Below, in pieces: positions 1-9,825 of a DNA stretch of 64,000 nucleotides. How positions within the stretch are numbered: the first letter of the stretch is position 1; each line of letters starts with the position of its first letter. The translations under genes and the position numbers were made by a program. The notes below the pieces were generated by a model that was given only the letters and a program-made list of their open reading frames with translations, was not told where the DNA came from and did not search any database. This stretch comes from Candidatus Babeliales bacterium (GTDB taxonomy: Bacteria > Babelota > Babeliae > Babelales > Vermiphilaceae), in the NCBI GenBank assembly GCA_020050795.1, contig JAGVKD010000004.1:384-64383 (forward strand). Reading direction: 5' to 3'.

Positions 1-173
1 TCCTCTTCCTGATGCTGTTTTTTTTGAAACAGTTCGGTGAAGTTGGCAGCGAGTGATTGTTCATTGGCTACATGATGGGCAAATAAAAGAAGGAGGAGTA
101 ATGAGCCGTGCAGCAACAGTATTAAAAGAAGGACAAGAAAACTTGCTCGTTTACTGAGGGTTGCTTCTTCCAT
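1..173 (-). CDS. hypothetical membrane protein, 5' part only (runs off left edge)
   Basis: ATG at 171-173 on minus strand, open to base 1; translates MEEATLSKRASFLVLLLILLLHGSLLLLLLFAHH... (one hydrophobic helix). No homology recognised. Confidence 0.3.
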   Translation of the reverse strand, partial: MEEATLSKRASFLVLLLILLLHGSLLLLLLFAHHVANEQSLAANFTELFQKKQHQEE

Positions 174-249
174 CGCGCTACCTTTTTTCAGCCTATGTTC
201 TAAAACTGCTTGCTAGTATAGCTTACTTTAGTTGCGGATGCAGAGAAAA

Positions 250-280
250 TAAAAAGCCACCAAAAATATGGTGGCTTATA
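250..280 (-). terminator. rho-independent terminator after the 289..696 gene
   Basis: 7-bp stem agccacc/ggtggct (255-261 / 270-276), followed on the minus strand by a T-run. Confidence 0.5.
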
Positions 281-288
281 TATTCAAA

Positions 289-696
289 TTAGTGAAAGAG
301 ACGACCGCGAAGATATATCAAGTTGGCATGAGCCTGCGGTGCACGTACCTGATCGTTGTTAAGTTGCAGTTCTCGATCCAAATAATAGCGCTGCGCTGCT
401 GCGTAAACGATTTGAACCGGCTGAGCTGGTAGATTAAGGGGGGCTCCTGGAGCATTGTCTTGAACAAGAGGTGCTGCAATATCGGCTGGATGTGGCTGAG
501 GAACTTCTCTAACAATTCGAACATCAGCCCGATGACGACGTCGAGCCCTGTCTGGACGGGCAATAGCTACCTGTGGCTGCAATAATTCATCGATTCGATT
601 ATCTTCAGGTTCAGGTGCTTGGTTTTCGTCTGCATAATTCATGGCAAGAATAGGCGCTGCGATCAAAAATAGTGCGCATACAAAAATTTTTTTCAT
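289..696 (-). CDS. small leader-bearing (secreted) hypothetical protein, PILAM-leader family
   Basis: Leader MKKIFVCALFLIAAPILA|MNYADENQAP. The leader plus ENQAP region is about 88% identical at nt level to that of the 2470..2694 gene. Pro/Arg-rich mature part. Confidence 0.6.
   Translation of the reverse strand: MKKIFVCALFLIAAPILAMNYADENQAPEPEDNRIDELLQPQVAIARPDRARRRHRADVRIVREVPQPHPADIAAPLVQDNAPGAPLNLPAQPVQIVYAAAQRYYLDRELQLNNDQVRAPQAHANLIYLRGRLFH
612..696 (-). repeat. leader cassette copy 1 (85 nt), paired with 2610..2694
   Basis: Collinear 85-nt match with about 10 mismatches to 2610..2694. The rest of the two genes does not align. Confidence 0.6.
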
Positions 697-741
697 TAAT
701 TATCCTGGTAGAGACTAATGGTTTTTCTTTACGTTACTTGG

Positions 742-1086
742 TTACGCTTCTTCGAATGCCTGGTCAAATTCTTGATTGAATGCCCCATCGAATTCGAATG
801 CGCGGGGTTCTTCTTCTTCAAGTACCAACCCTGCATATTCAGGAAGATCGTCTTCTACTTCAAATAGTATTCCTTGGGCGGGCACGGCGAACTCGTCTGA
901 ATCTGGTTTTATCTTGTTTGAACGAGGCGCAGCAGGGGTATCGTCATGAACCGGATCATTATTGTTAACCCGTTTGAATGGATTGCTTATTCGATCGAAA
1001 ATGTCTCGCTGTTGGTCGTCCATAGCTACCGCACTCATGCATAGAGCAGCAGTTACGAAAGCAAATAATCTGATAAATTTGTTCAT
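742..1086 (-). CDS. small leader-bearing hypothetical protein, acidic C-terminus
   Basis: Leader MNKFIRLFAFVTAALCMSAVA|MDDQQ. ATG (1084-1086) overlaps the tilS stop (ATGA). The ORF-track start at 1137 is an unlikely extension. Confidence 0.55.
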   Translation of the reverse strand: MNKFIRLFAFVTAALCMSAVAMDDQQRDIFDRISNPFKRVNNNDPVHDDTPAAPRSNKIKPDSDEFAVPAQGILFEVEDDLPEYAGLVLEEEEPRAFEFDGAFNQEFDQAFEEA

Positions 1087-2054
1087 TGTTCTCTCTTTAT
1101 AATACGAACACACTGTTTTTTTTTCTCGAGGGACCAAGCGGGATTAATGGTATGGCTTTTGTCCCCAGGCAGCTTGAAGAACCGCATCATTTCGTCCAAT
1201 AATGCATCGCTCGGGGTAAAAGGTACCCCTGCAGAACATAAAAATTGAATCAAAACAGTACGCTGGATTATATCGCTTTCTTCAAGGAATCCATTGATAT
1301 TGAGCCTAATCTTATTTTCTTCGCAAATAGTCAATTTGTCAAACGCTTGGCGGGATAATAGCTCAATGAAATCGTTGGTTTGGGCAAGTCTGTTGAGTGT
1401 TTTGGTAAAGTTCTGGTCAAAGCGGTTATCGATCGCCTGGAATGCGGGTAATACATGATTCCTGATACGATTACGCAAAAAGAGGTCTGAATCGTTGGTT
1501 GGATCCAACCAATAGCTGATCTGGTTGCTTTCGAGATAGGCCAAGATGTCTGATTTATTTGTCTGCAAGAGAGGGCGAATGTAGGGGCCATTTTTGAGTT
1601 TCATACCGGTGAGGCCACTCAAGGATGCGCCACGCAGTAGGCGAATAAAAAAGGTCTCTTGTTGATCCTGGGCATGGTGGGCCAAGGCGATCAGATCAGC
1701 AGTATGTTCTTTTTTGACCTGTTCTAAAAAGTGGCGGCGTAGGGTACGGCCGAGAGCTTCTTTGGAGCCATCTAATTTCACGATGAGGCCAAGTTCTGAG
1801 GCGCGTCGGGCAATGAAAAGGATTCCAAGCTGATCGCACTGTTGCTGGCAAAATTCAACATCTTTGTGTGAATTAACTCGCCACTCATGATCCAAATGAG
1901 CGGCAATGATCTCTAGATTATGAGTTTCGCGCATGCTGGCAAGCAGATGCAGCAAAAACAATGAATCCGGGCCTCCCGAGAGACCAATGATAATGCGCGA
2001 GCCACGAGGGATAAGGGAATGAGTGTCGATAAAAGAGTATAAAGTGTGCAGCAT
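1083..2054 (-). CDS. tilS: tRNA(Ile)-lysidine synthase
   Basis: PP-loop motif IIIGLSGGPDSLFLLHLL, followed by HLDH.WR, about 320 aa, typical TilS architecture. Confidence 0.85.
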   Translation of the reverse strand: MLHTLYSFIDTHSLIPRGSRIIIGLSGGPDSLFLLHLLASMRETHNLEIIAAHLDHEWRVNSHKDVEFCQQQCDQLGILFIARRASELGLIVKLDGSKEALGRTLRRHFLEQVKKEHTADLIALAHHAQDQQETFFIRLLRGASLSGLTGMKLKNGPYIRPLLQTNKSDILAYLESNQISYWLDPTNDSDLFLRNRIRNHVLPAFQAIDNRFDQNFTKTLNRLAQTNDFIELLSRQAFDKLTICEENKIRLNINGFLEESDIIQRTVLIQFLCSAGVPFTPSDALLDEMMRFFKLPGDKSHTINPAWSLEKKKQCVRIIKREQ

Positions 2055-2114
2055 AGGTACTTTTTACCTTACTGCATTTGGGAAAAACGTAAAGAAATTA
2101 TGTAGAAATAAGGG

Positions 2115-2387
2115 TTATTTATTTTCGGTCGCTAGCTTGATACGTATGCATTGAAGCTCACTTTGTGATTGGTTATGCATTAATTCATAGGCAGCTTTTG
2201 GCATCCAGCGCTCAAGCAAGGATTCATTCAAAGGGGTATTTTCAGGGGCCCGTTGTTCGGGGGTTGGTTGTGGTGCCCAACGGTCAAGTAGTGCAAGTAG
2301 TGAAGTATGGGTACTTTTTGTTTCATTATTCATTGCCAGACAATACTGACCCATCAATAATAGACCAAAGGCGACTGCTATTTTCAT
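2115..2387 (-). CDS. small leader-bearing hypothetical protein
   Basis: Leader MKIAVAFGLLLMGQYCLA|MNNETK; 90 aa. Confidence 0.5.
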   Translation of the reverse strand: MKIAVAFGLLLMGQYCLAMNNETKSTHTSLLALLDRWAPQPTPEQRAPENTPLNESLLERWMPKAAYELMHNQSQSELQCIRIKLATENK

Positions 2388-2469
2388 ATATTTTTCCTGA
2401 ATTAATTTTGAAAAAATGCAGCCATAAAAAATTAGGCTGCATTTTTAATCATGATATTGCCCAATGAGA

Positions 2470-2694
2470 CTAGCCATTCTTTTTAGGAGAATATTCTGCT
2501 TTTTTTGTTTTTAAAAACTTACGATTTTGAATACCGGTTTCTGTTTTTTTCTCTGCCCGTTCATTGAGATATCGTTTTGTGCCGGCTCTCTTTCTTAAGA
2601 TGAAGTGATCAGGTGCTTGATTTTCGCCTGCATCATCCATGGCGAGAATAGGCGTTGCGATCAACAATAGTGCGCATCCAAAAAATTTTTTCAT
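2470..2694 (-). CDS. small leader-bearing hypothetical protein, PILAM-leader family
   Basis: Leader MKKFFGCALLLIATPILA|MDDAGENQAP, paralogous to the leader of 289..696; Lys-rich mature part. Confidence 0.55.
   Translation of the reverse strand: MKKFFGCALLLIATPILAMDDAGENQAPDHFILRKRAGTKRYLNERAEKKTETGIQNRKFLKTKKAEYSPKKNG
2610..2694 (-). repeat. leader cassette copy 2 (85 nt), paired with 612..696
   Basis: See 612..696. Confidence 0.6.
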
Positions 2695-2764
2695 AGTCAT
2701 TCCATTCTATCTGTTTTGTGAATTTAAAAATAACATAGGCCCTTGTGTGGGCGTATCGAGTTTT

Positions 2765-3064
2765 TTATTTCTTTTTTTCTAATAGTTCATTGCTGCGTTT
2801 TTTTGCAGTCGCGAGAACTTCGCGCCATTCATCGGAGCTTTTACGTGTTGCGGGAGGAAGCATTTCGGGACTTTCAGGATTAGCTTCAAAGCATCCACTA
2901 TTTAATGAAATTTTTTTCTTTAATAGATTCGCACGTTTTTTGCCATCTTTTTTCCTACTCTGTTCTGATTTTTCGTATTTGCTTTGAGCGGCTTTTTTTG
3001 GGCTCATAGCCGATAGAGAAAAAATATTGCAGATGAGCGCTGCAAATAGAAGCTTTTTAAGCAT
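2765..3064 (-). CDS. small leader-bearing Lys-rich hypothetical protein
   Basis: Leader MLKKLLFAALICNIFSLSA|MSPKKAAQ; very basic mature part. Confidence 0.5.
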   Translation of the reverse strand: MLKKLLFAALICNIFSLSAMSPKKAAQSKYEKSEQSRKKDGKKRANLLKKKISLNSGCFEANPESPEMLPPATRKSSDEWREVLATAKKRSNELLEKKK

Positions 3065-3210
3065 TATAGACCCTTAGTTTTCTGATATGTATTAACGAAA
3101 AGATAGTATAGTATAGGTGTTTTAAAGCGCAATGCAAAAAAATATGCTTGTTTGAATAAAAAACCCTACGTGTTTTAACAAGATTTATTTTTACATCATC
3201 AACACGATTG

Positions 3211-4428
3211 TTATGTAGTACGTGCAACATCTCCGCGATTCTTTTTAGTTGGACCATTTTTTGACGGCGTTAAATCGAAATCAAAAATTTCGGTAGGCAC
3301 TGAAACGGTAGTGCAGCAATTTGGAATGTCAGTGATGCCGTTGATTCTGCCTTCAACTGGTGCTGTGCTCAAAATGATGTAGGCTTGCTCGCCGGTATAG
3401 CCAAATTTTTTCAGATATTCGATTGCATTAAGTATTGAACGACGATACGCAATGTGCGCATCCAGATAATATTGTTTATCTTTGTCGTCAACTGAAATTC
3501 CCTCAAAAACGAGATGCTTGTAATAGTGTGGTTCTATCGGACTCGTTTCAAAAATTGGACTTGTGATGCCATATTGTTTCATGCCGTTTTTAATCACATC
3601 AACTTTTAATTCCAACCAACCAGCCATTTCAATCGCACCGCAAAAAGAAATTTCGCCATCGCCTTGGCTAAAATGAAGGTCGCCCATCGATAAATTGCCT
3701 CCATCCACATACACGGGAAAATAAGCACGAGAGCCACGTGTTAAATTCTTGATATCACAATTGCCGCCATTCTCGCGTGGTGCCACTGTGCGCGCACCTT
3801 CGCGGCCAAAGCGCTCTTTGTCTTTCATCAAGCCAGCAAGAGCTTCTTTTGGTTCTGGTGGTAATGCAAGAGGTGGAATGCGATGCGGATTGGTATCAAT
3901 AAGAGCTTGTTCTCGTTTGGTCCATCGCTTTAATAATTCATGCGAAGGAGCAGTGCCGATCAATCCTGGGTGGGTAAGTCCAGCAAAGCGAACACCGTCA
4001 ATATGTCGTGATGTTGCATATATGCCTTCAAAATCCCAGATTGCTTTGCATGCTTTCGGATAATAATCAGTCAAAAACCCGCCGCCATTTTCTTTGGCAA
4101 AAATACCGGTGAATCCCCACTGAGAATTTTCAAGCGGCCCGATATTAAGAATATCAACAACAAGCAAATCACCTGGTTGTGCATTTTTCACTGCGACAGG
4201 TCCGCTCAGATAATGAACTTGGTTAAGATCAATGTTGAGTATATCATTTGCGCTATCATCATTTTTTACTTGTCCGCCAGTCCAATCAAGACATTCGATA
4301 CGAAATTCTGCGCCGGGTTCAACTGTCTTGACTGCGGGAACATCTGGATGCCATCGATTGTGCAGTGGAACGGGTTGTTTGTCTGGTTTTTTATTCACAT
4401 CAACGGAAATAAGTGTTTCTATCGCCAT
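3211..4428 (-). CDS. fmdA: formamidase / acetamidase (FmdA_AmdA family)
   Basis: 405 aa. N-terminus ...HNRWHPDVPAV..PGAEFRIECLDWTGGQVKNDDSANDI...VHYLSGPVAV..AQPGDLLVVDI matches my memory of FmdA-type formamidases. Confidence 0.8.
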   Translation of the reverse strand: MAIETLISVDVNKKPDKQPVPLHNRWHPDVPAVKTVEPGAEFRIECLDWTGGQVKNDDSANDILNIDLNQVHYLSGPVAVKNAQPGDLLVVDILNIGPLENSQWGFTGIFAKENGGGFLTDYYPKACKAIWDFEGIYATSRHIDGVRFAGLTHPGLIGTAPSHELLKRWTKREQALIDTNPHRIPPLALPPEPKEALAGLMKDKERFGREGARTVAPRENGGNCDIKNLTRGSRAYFPVYVDGGNLSMGDLHFSQGDGEISFCGAIEMAGWLELKVDVIKNGMKQYGITSPIFETSPIEPHYYKHLVFEGISVDDKDKQYYLDAHIAYRRSILNAIEYLKKFGYTGEQAYIILSTAPVEGRINGITDIPNCCTTVSVPTEIFDFDLTPSKNGPTKKNRGDVARTT

Positions 4429-4501
4429 AATTAAGGCTCCTTACTTTTTTATGTTTTGGATCTTAGCAAACAGATGCACAAATGAGAAAGGGTTTTAATG
4501 C

Positions 4502-4533
4502 AAAAAAAGCAGGATGTTTAGTCCTGCTTTTTA
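4502..4533 (-). terminator. rho-independent terminator after gyrB (bidirectional shape)
   Basis: Stem agcagga/tcctgct (4508-4514 / 4522-4528), flanked by an A-run and a T-run. Confidence 0.6.
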
Positions 4534-4559
4534 AATCGCTATGTTTTGTTGAAGATTTT

Positions 4560-6992
4560 TTAGACGTCTAAATTCTTCACAAATTGTCCAAATTCTTCGA
4601 TGTATGCTCGGCGTCCGCCAACATCATCACCCATGAGTGTGGCAAACCAACGATCAGCTTCAAGCGCATCTTCTATGCTCACTTTCAGCAATTTTCGTGA
4701 ATTTTTATCCATTGATGTTTCCCACAATTGTTCAGGGTTCATCTCTCCCAAACCTTTGTAGCGCTGGATATTCATGAATGGTTTGCTGATTGTGCCGATT
4801 GCTTCTGCCAACTTGAGAGCGCCTTGTCCCTCGATACTATTGGTTTTTCCAATGATGGAAATTGTCCATTGTTTTTCTTCGAGTACTGCAATCTCATCGA
4901 GCAATGCGATGAGATCTTCCAATCTTGGTGCATTGAAGAACGCAAGTGGCGCATCCCATGTACTGCTCAAGCGGTTGAAAATAAGTGCCGGTTCAGGCGT
5001 GGTTTCCGTTCCTTCTTCAGCGGCAATATTTTGTGGTGTATGTTCACCAAGCGTGATTGTATAATCGCTAAAAGATTTTTGGAGATTCTCTATCAATTTT
5101 TCAATGCCATCTTGTTTTTTCCACGGATTCATGCGCAGTGCGTTTACGAACTTGTTGCATTGGTCGTAGCCAAGATGGAAATGGAGAGAAACTTCTTCTA
5201 GCTTGTCGTTATATTTTTTCACACCTTCAAGCAGTTGTATCCATTTGGTATGTGGCAACAGCTGGCCATCAATAGAGCCTTCAGTTGTCTCATGTGCCCA
5301 ATCGAGTAGGAACTGTTTGAACTCACGCTCATCTTGCAAATATTGTTCTTTCTTGCCAATTTTTGCTTTATAGAGTGGTGGTTTTGCAATGTAGAGATAC
5401 CCTTTTTCGATAAGTGGCTGCATATACCTAAAGAAGAAGGTAAGCAGCAACGTACGAATATGAGAACCATCCACATCGGCATCCGTCATTAAAATAATTT
5501 TGTGATAGCGTGCTTTTGCCGGATCAAATTCATTTGCAACACCAGCACCAATTGCTGCGATGAGCGATTTAATTTCTTCGTTAGAAAGAATACGATCAAG
5601 GCGCGCTTTTTCGACGTTCAAGATTTTACCACGCAATGGAAGCACTGCTTGGTTGTGGCGATCACGTGCTTGTTTTGCAGAGCCGCCCGCAGAGTCACCC
5701 TCTACGATGAACATTTCGGTTTGTGTTGCATCTTCATTTGAGCAATCAGCAAGTTTTCCGGGAAGAACCGCATTTTCTAATACAGTTTTTCTGCGCGTTA
5801 AATCACGAGCCTTACGAGCAGCCTCGCGCGCTTGTTTTGCAATTTCCGCTTTTTGTAGAATCTTTTTGGCAATTGCGGGATTTTCTTCAAAGAATGATTC
5901 TAAGAAGTTGAAGAATAAAGAATCAACGATCCCTTTGATGTCGTTATTGCCTAACTTGGTTTTTGTTTGGCCTTCAAACTGTGGCTCAGGGACCTTGATG
6001 CTGATAACAGCTACAATCCCTTCACGCACATCTTCACTCGAAAAAGTCTCTTCACCGCTTTTGACGATTTTTAAATCAAGGGCCCGCTTATTGCACTCTT
6101 TGGTGAGTGCTGCACGGAAACCAGAAACGTGCGTACCGCCTTCAACCGTGTTGATGTTGTTCACGAATGAAAATACTTGCTCGCCGTAGCCATCATTATA
6201 TTGCATCGCGATTTCAACAACATATTGTTCATCTTCGTGATGGAAATAGATGACTTCGGGAAAGAGCGGAATTTTTTTCTTGTTAATGTGTTGTACGAAT
6301 GAAACGATCCCGCCTTCAAAGAAGAAATCATTTTTCTTGTCGTGGCGTTCATCTTCGATAACGATATGCAAGCCTTTATTCAAAAAGGCAAGCTCGCGTA
6401 GTCGTACAGACAATGTGTCGAAACTGAAATCAGTTGTTTCTTGGAAAATTTCTGGATCAGGCATGAAGCGCACGAGTGTACCGCGTTTGTCGGTATCGCC
6501 AGTAACCGTGAGGCGACCTTGCGGTTTGCCTCGTTTATACAGCTGCTCGTGAATTTTGCCATCTTGGAAAATAGTGAGTTGCAACGTTTCTGAAAGGGCG
6601 TTAACTACCGAAATACCAACACCATGCAAGCCACCAGAAAATTTGTAGGAATCTTTATCGAATTTACCGCCGGCGTGCAATTTAGTGAGCACCACTTCGG
6701 CAGCAGAAATTTTTTCTTGTTGATGGATACCCGTTGGAATACCACGTCCATTATCTTCCACGGAGCAGGAACCATCTTTGTGTAGAATCACATTAATGGA
6801 ATCGCAATGTCCGCCGAGTGCTTCATCCACGGAGTTATCAACAACTTCATACACAAGATGGTGTAGGCCTGCTGGCCCGGTTGAGCCGATGTACATCGCA
6901 GGACGTTTTCGAACTGCCTCTAATCCTTCGATGACCCGAATACTATCCGCTTTGTATTCGTTCGGTTTAGTTGAAGGGTCTTTTTTGGCCAT
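4560..6992 (-). CDS. gyrB: DNA gyrase subunit B
   Basis: EGLEAVRKRPAMYIG, LHAGGKF, EGDSAGGSAKQARDR, PLRGKILNVE, DADVDGSHI. ATG at 6990-6992 is preceded by GGGAG. The track start at 7019 is a TTG extension. Confidence 0.95.
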   Translation of the reverse strand: MAKKDPSTKPNEYKADSIRVIEGLEAVRKRPAMYIGSTGPAGLHHLVYEVVDNSVDEALGGHCDSINVILHKDGSCSVEDNGRGIPTGIHQQEKISAAEVVLTKLHAGGKFDKDSYKFSGGLHGVGISVVNALSETLQLTIFQDGKIHEQLYKRGKPQGRLTVTGDTDKRGTLVRFMPDPEIFQETTDFSFDTLSVRLRELAFLNKGLHIVIEDERHDKKNDFFFEGGIVSFVQHINKKKIPLFPEVIYFHHEDEQYVVEIAMQYNDGYGEQVFSFVNNINTVEGGTHVSGFRAALTKECNKRALDLKIVKSGEETFSSEDVREGIVAVISIKVPEPQFEGQTKTKLGNNDIKGIVDSLFFNFLESFFEENPAIAKKILQKAEIAKQAREAARKARDLTRRKTVLENAVLPGKLADCSNEDATQTEMFIVEGDSAGGSAKQARDRHNQAVLPLRGKILNVEKARLDRILSNEEIKSLIAAIGAGVANEFDPAKARYHKIILMTDADVDGSHIRTLLLTFFFRYMQPLIEKGYLYIAKPPLYKAKIGKKEQYLQDEREFKQFLLDWAHETTEGSIDGQLLPHTKWIQLLEGVKKYNDKLEEVSLHFHLGYDQCNKFVNALRMNPWKKQDGIEKLIENLQKSFSDYTITLGEHTPQNIAAEEGTETTPEPALIFNRLSSTWDAPLAFFNAPRLEDLIALLDEIAVLEEKQWTISIIGKTNSIEGQGALKLAEAIGTISKPFMNIQRYKGLGEMNPEQLWETSMDKNSRKLLKVSIEDALEADRWFATLMGDDVGGRRAYIEEFGQFVKNLDV

Positions 6993-7140
6993 GCGAGTCT
7001 CCCATTGATCGGTTGACAAAAATGAGTATATGAGTTGTTTTTTACGTGTGCTATACTAGGACAACAATACAATCAGTTTAAAGAATTATTGTCGTTTTTT
7101 CCACTTTTATCGTTTACTCGGTCTCTTTATAAATTTTCTC

Positions 7141-7629
7141 ATGAATAAAACCCCATTTGGCCCACAAGCCGATCAAATATATATGCAACATGCTCTCAAG
7201 CAAGCGGCACGAGCATATGCCAAAAATGAAGTTCCCATAGGTGCCATCATCGTTGAACCGGGGGGTACTGTTGTCGCGCGAGCGCATAATCAAGTAGAAT
7301 CAAAAAAAACGCAGCGTGCCCATGCAGAAAGTTTGGTCATTGAAAAAACGAATAAAAAGCGAAAAGGCTGGCGTTTAGATGGGTGTTGGTTGTATGTCAC
7401 CCTTGAGCCATGTACCATGTGCATAGGATTGATTCGCCTCAGCCGCCTTGCGGGTGTGGTCTATGCAGCTGAATCGCCGCTCTTTGGGTATCGCCATGAT
7501 CTTGACATAATGGGTGGGTCTCGAGTATATAAAAGAGACTTTCGAATAGAAAGTGGAGTATGTGCTGATGAGGCAGCAGCATTAATGAAGCGTTTTTTCA
7601 AAAAAAAGAGGGAGCAGAGCAGTGAGTGA
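7141..7629 (+). CDS. tadA: tRNA-specific adenosine deaminase
   Basis: CMP/dCMP deaminase zinc site: RAHAESLVIEK ... TLEPCTMCIGLI; about 160 aa. Confidence 0.85.
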   Translation: MNKTPFGPQADQIYMQHALKQAARAYAKNEVPIGAIIVEPGGTVVARAHNQVESKKTQRAHAESLVIEKTNKKRKGWRLDGCWLYVTLEPCTMCIGLIRLSRLAGVVYAAESPLFGYRHDLDIMGGSRVYKRDFRIESGVCADEAAALMKRFFKKKREQSSE

Positions 7630-7975
7630 TGTAAGTCTTGAAAAAGTAAAGCAAGAGCTGTTGGAGCGAAAAAGGGAACTAGAAGAAAAGCTCAACAAAA
7701 TTTCGACTGAAAAAGTCTCGGATGACCAAACAGGTGATCCAGGCGATCAGGCGCTTTCTTCAAGTATGGAATCGTTACGCAGCTCGTTTCAAAATACTGA
7801 GACAGAAGAATATAAACGAATTGTAAAGGCGCTTGAAAAAATAGCGGATGGTACGTACGGTATTTGCACCGACTGTGATCAACCAATCAGTCCGAAGCGA
7901 TTGGAAATGTATCCAAATGCTGAACGATGCCTGACTTGCCAAGAAGCATACGAAGAGCAACAACAGCTATCATAA
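7622..7975 (+). CDS. DksA/TraR-family C4 zinc-finger protein
   Basis: Coiled-coil N-terminus plus CTDC-x17-CLTC zinc finger. Confidence 0.7.
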   Translation: MSDVSLEKVKQELLERKRELEEKLNKISTEKVSDDQTGDPGDQALSSSMESLRSSFQNTETEEYKRIVKALEKIADGTYGICTDCDQPISPKRLEMYPNAERCLTCQEAYEEQQQLS

Positions 7976-7976
7976 A

Positions 7977-8015
7977 TAAAAAGAAGCCCCGCAAAACTGC
8001 GGGGCTTCTTTTTAT
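7977..8015. terminator. bidirectional rho-independent terminator
   Basis: Perfect 12-bp stem agaagccccgca/tgcggggcttct (7982-7993 / 7998-8009), A-run upstream and T-run downstream. It sits between convergent genes. Confidence 0.75.
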
Positions 8016-8031
8016 GGCAGGGGTGTTTTTT

Positions 8032-9813
8032 CTATTTTGCTACTGTGCGCTCTCGGCCTTGTGTTGCATATTTATATCCGACGCCAAGACCAGCCGCAGC
8101 GCCGACCATTCCAAGATTGAACACAGCATCAACTATTCGTGGATCAGTCGGTGGGACATTAAGTTCCCATGCTCTGATGGCCACAATTGCAATGCCAACT
8201 CCTGCGCCGATTGTCGCAGCCTTCAACCAGGTTAACCAGTTTGATGCGGGTAGAAATGGTTTGAGTGGCATGAGAATCTTTTCATTAAAATTAGTGAGCA
8301 GTGTGCGGTAATCAGCAATCATCTTGGCAACAGCAATAGCCTCCGGTTTTGTCGTTCCTAATGTCGTTTCTATATCCGATAGTTTTTGTGTGAATACATT
8401 TATTTTTTGTATGTACGAGACATTGAATGCCTCTTTGCCAGCAAGAGGAGCTGTTTCAAGAAGCGCATCAAGTTTTAAAAGGAGTTGATATGTTTTTGTA
8501 TCATTTTTTTTGCCAAGAATTTCCATCAGATGAAATCCAAATCCGTGATTCACATTCAAGATTGTCATGCGCAGATCACGCGCAAAATTCATTATCGAAC
8601 CGGTCACGCTCGCAAGTTCGGCAATCATTGCGGTATTGGTTGCATCAAATGGATGGCGCGCATCAGCAAGTTGCAATTTTGATCTTATTTGTGTGCCGAG
8701 TACCGTAATCTGTGCGTTTATTAAATCGCTTCGTGTATTGAAATTTTCCTGCCAGTGTTTAACTACTTCTTGTGCATGTTTATCTGATGGCAGTTCCCAT
8801 GAGATTTGTTTAATGCCACGAGCTTTTCTTGCCAATAGTGCCCACCAAGATTCGCGAGAACTTTTTTTGGTTGGAATAAATGTTTCTTTAATAGAACGGA
8901 GTGTTGGCGCGGCAACTGCACCGGCAAGCCCGCCGGTCATAATGAGAGCGGCCTGCACCTCCTCCAGATTTTGTGGAAGTGGACTTGGACTGAGGTGGGG
9001 ATAGAGCGCAAGTCCTACCGCTGTAGCTGTTGCGCATGCAGCTGCGCCAAAAAGGGCATACCGCCCAACGCATTGCCAGCTTCGGTTGGGGACATAATGT
9101 GCGGGCATGTAATCATCGAGTGGTTGTAAAATAGTGTGATTAAATTGTTCGAGCAGTCGGCGATAAAAACCGATCATGTTTGCCGCATCGGCGCGTGCTT
9201 CGTGTGGAATCATTGTGCTCGCGCTATTCATGAGCTGATATGAGATCTCACGCAGTTGTGTGCAATAGTTTTCAATTTTGGAAATATCATCGTGATTGAG
9301 TGGTTCGTTTGCAACAAGCGGTCCCGTGGTGAGCGTGTTGTTTAACTTTAGTAACAAATCATACGGTTCTTTGTTTATCTGGCCAGCAGCTTGCTGATGC
9401 GCGACAATGTTCATAAGGTTATAACCAAATGCATGGTTGGTGTTGAGCAAAGTCATCTGCAATTCGCGTGCGAAATTAAACAGTGAACCGGTGACGCTTC
9501 CTAATTCGGCTTGAAAGGCGGTGTTACTTGCAAAGAAACGTTTTTTTGAGCCAGCGTCTTTTTCTCGTGCTTCCTCTTTTAATTTTGCCTTAATTTTGCT
9601 TGCGAGCTCAGCGATATATTGCTCAATGAGCACCGCACGCATTCTGAAACTGTTTTGCCACTCATCAAGCACCACTTCTGATTCTTTCACCGAAGGCAGA
9701 TTCCATGTCACTTTCGAGGTGCCGGCAATTTGTGCCAGTGTGTCCCACCAGGAACCGGCTTGTATAATCGATGTAGTGGCCAGTAGAATGCTCAAAAATA
9801 TTTTTTGATACAT
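8032..9813 (-). CDS. two-module exported/membrane hypothetical protein (593 aa)
   Basis: Signal-like N-terminus. Two homologous halves of about 290 aa (GSWWDTLAQ...ELGSVTGSLFNFARELQMTLLNTNHAFGYNLMNI vs ESWWALLAR...ELASVTGSIMNFARDLRMTILNVNHGFGFHLMEI). Each half ends in a Gly/Ala-rich bilobed hydrophobic segment. Confidence 0.6.
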   Translation of the reverse strand: MYQKIFLSILLATTSIIQAGSWWDTLAQIAGTSKVTWNLPSVKESEVVLDEWQNSFRMRAVLIEQYIAELASKIKAKLKEEAREKDAGSKKRFFASNTAFQAELGSVTGSLFNFARELQMTLLNTNHAFGYNLMNIVAHQQAAGQINKEPYDLLLKLNNTLTTGPLVANEPLNHDDISKIENYCTQLREISYQLMNSASTMIPHEARADAANMIGFYRRLLEQFNHTILQPLDDYMPAHYVPNRSWQCVGRYALFGAAACATATAVGLALYPHLSPSPLPQNLEEVQAALIMTGGLAGAVAAPTLRSIKETFIPTKKSSRESWWALLARKARGIKQISWELPSDKHAQEVVKHWQENFNTRSDLINAQITVLGTQIRSKLQLADARHPFDATNTAMIAELASVTGSIMNFARDLRMTILNVNHGFGFHLMEILGKKNDTKTYQLLLKLDALLETAPLAGKEAFNVSYIQKINVFTQKLSDIETTLGTTKPEAIAVAKMIADYRTLLTNFNEKILMPLKPFLPASNWLTWLKAATIGAGVGIAIVAIRAWELNVPPTDPRIVDAVFNLGMVGAAAGLGVGYKYATQGRERTVAK

Positions 9814-9825
9814 AATGTCCTCTTT

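Noticed and set aside
5560-6189. 209-aa plus-strand ORF, and several others, inside gyrB
   Set aside because: These are antisense to an unambiguous gyrB reading frame and have no motifs or start context. The same reasoning applies to 37224..37811 (antisense to rpsB), 61051..61608 (antisense to tolA) and 63586..63981 (antisense to ftsH).
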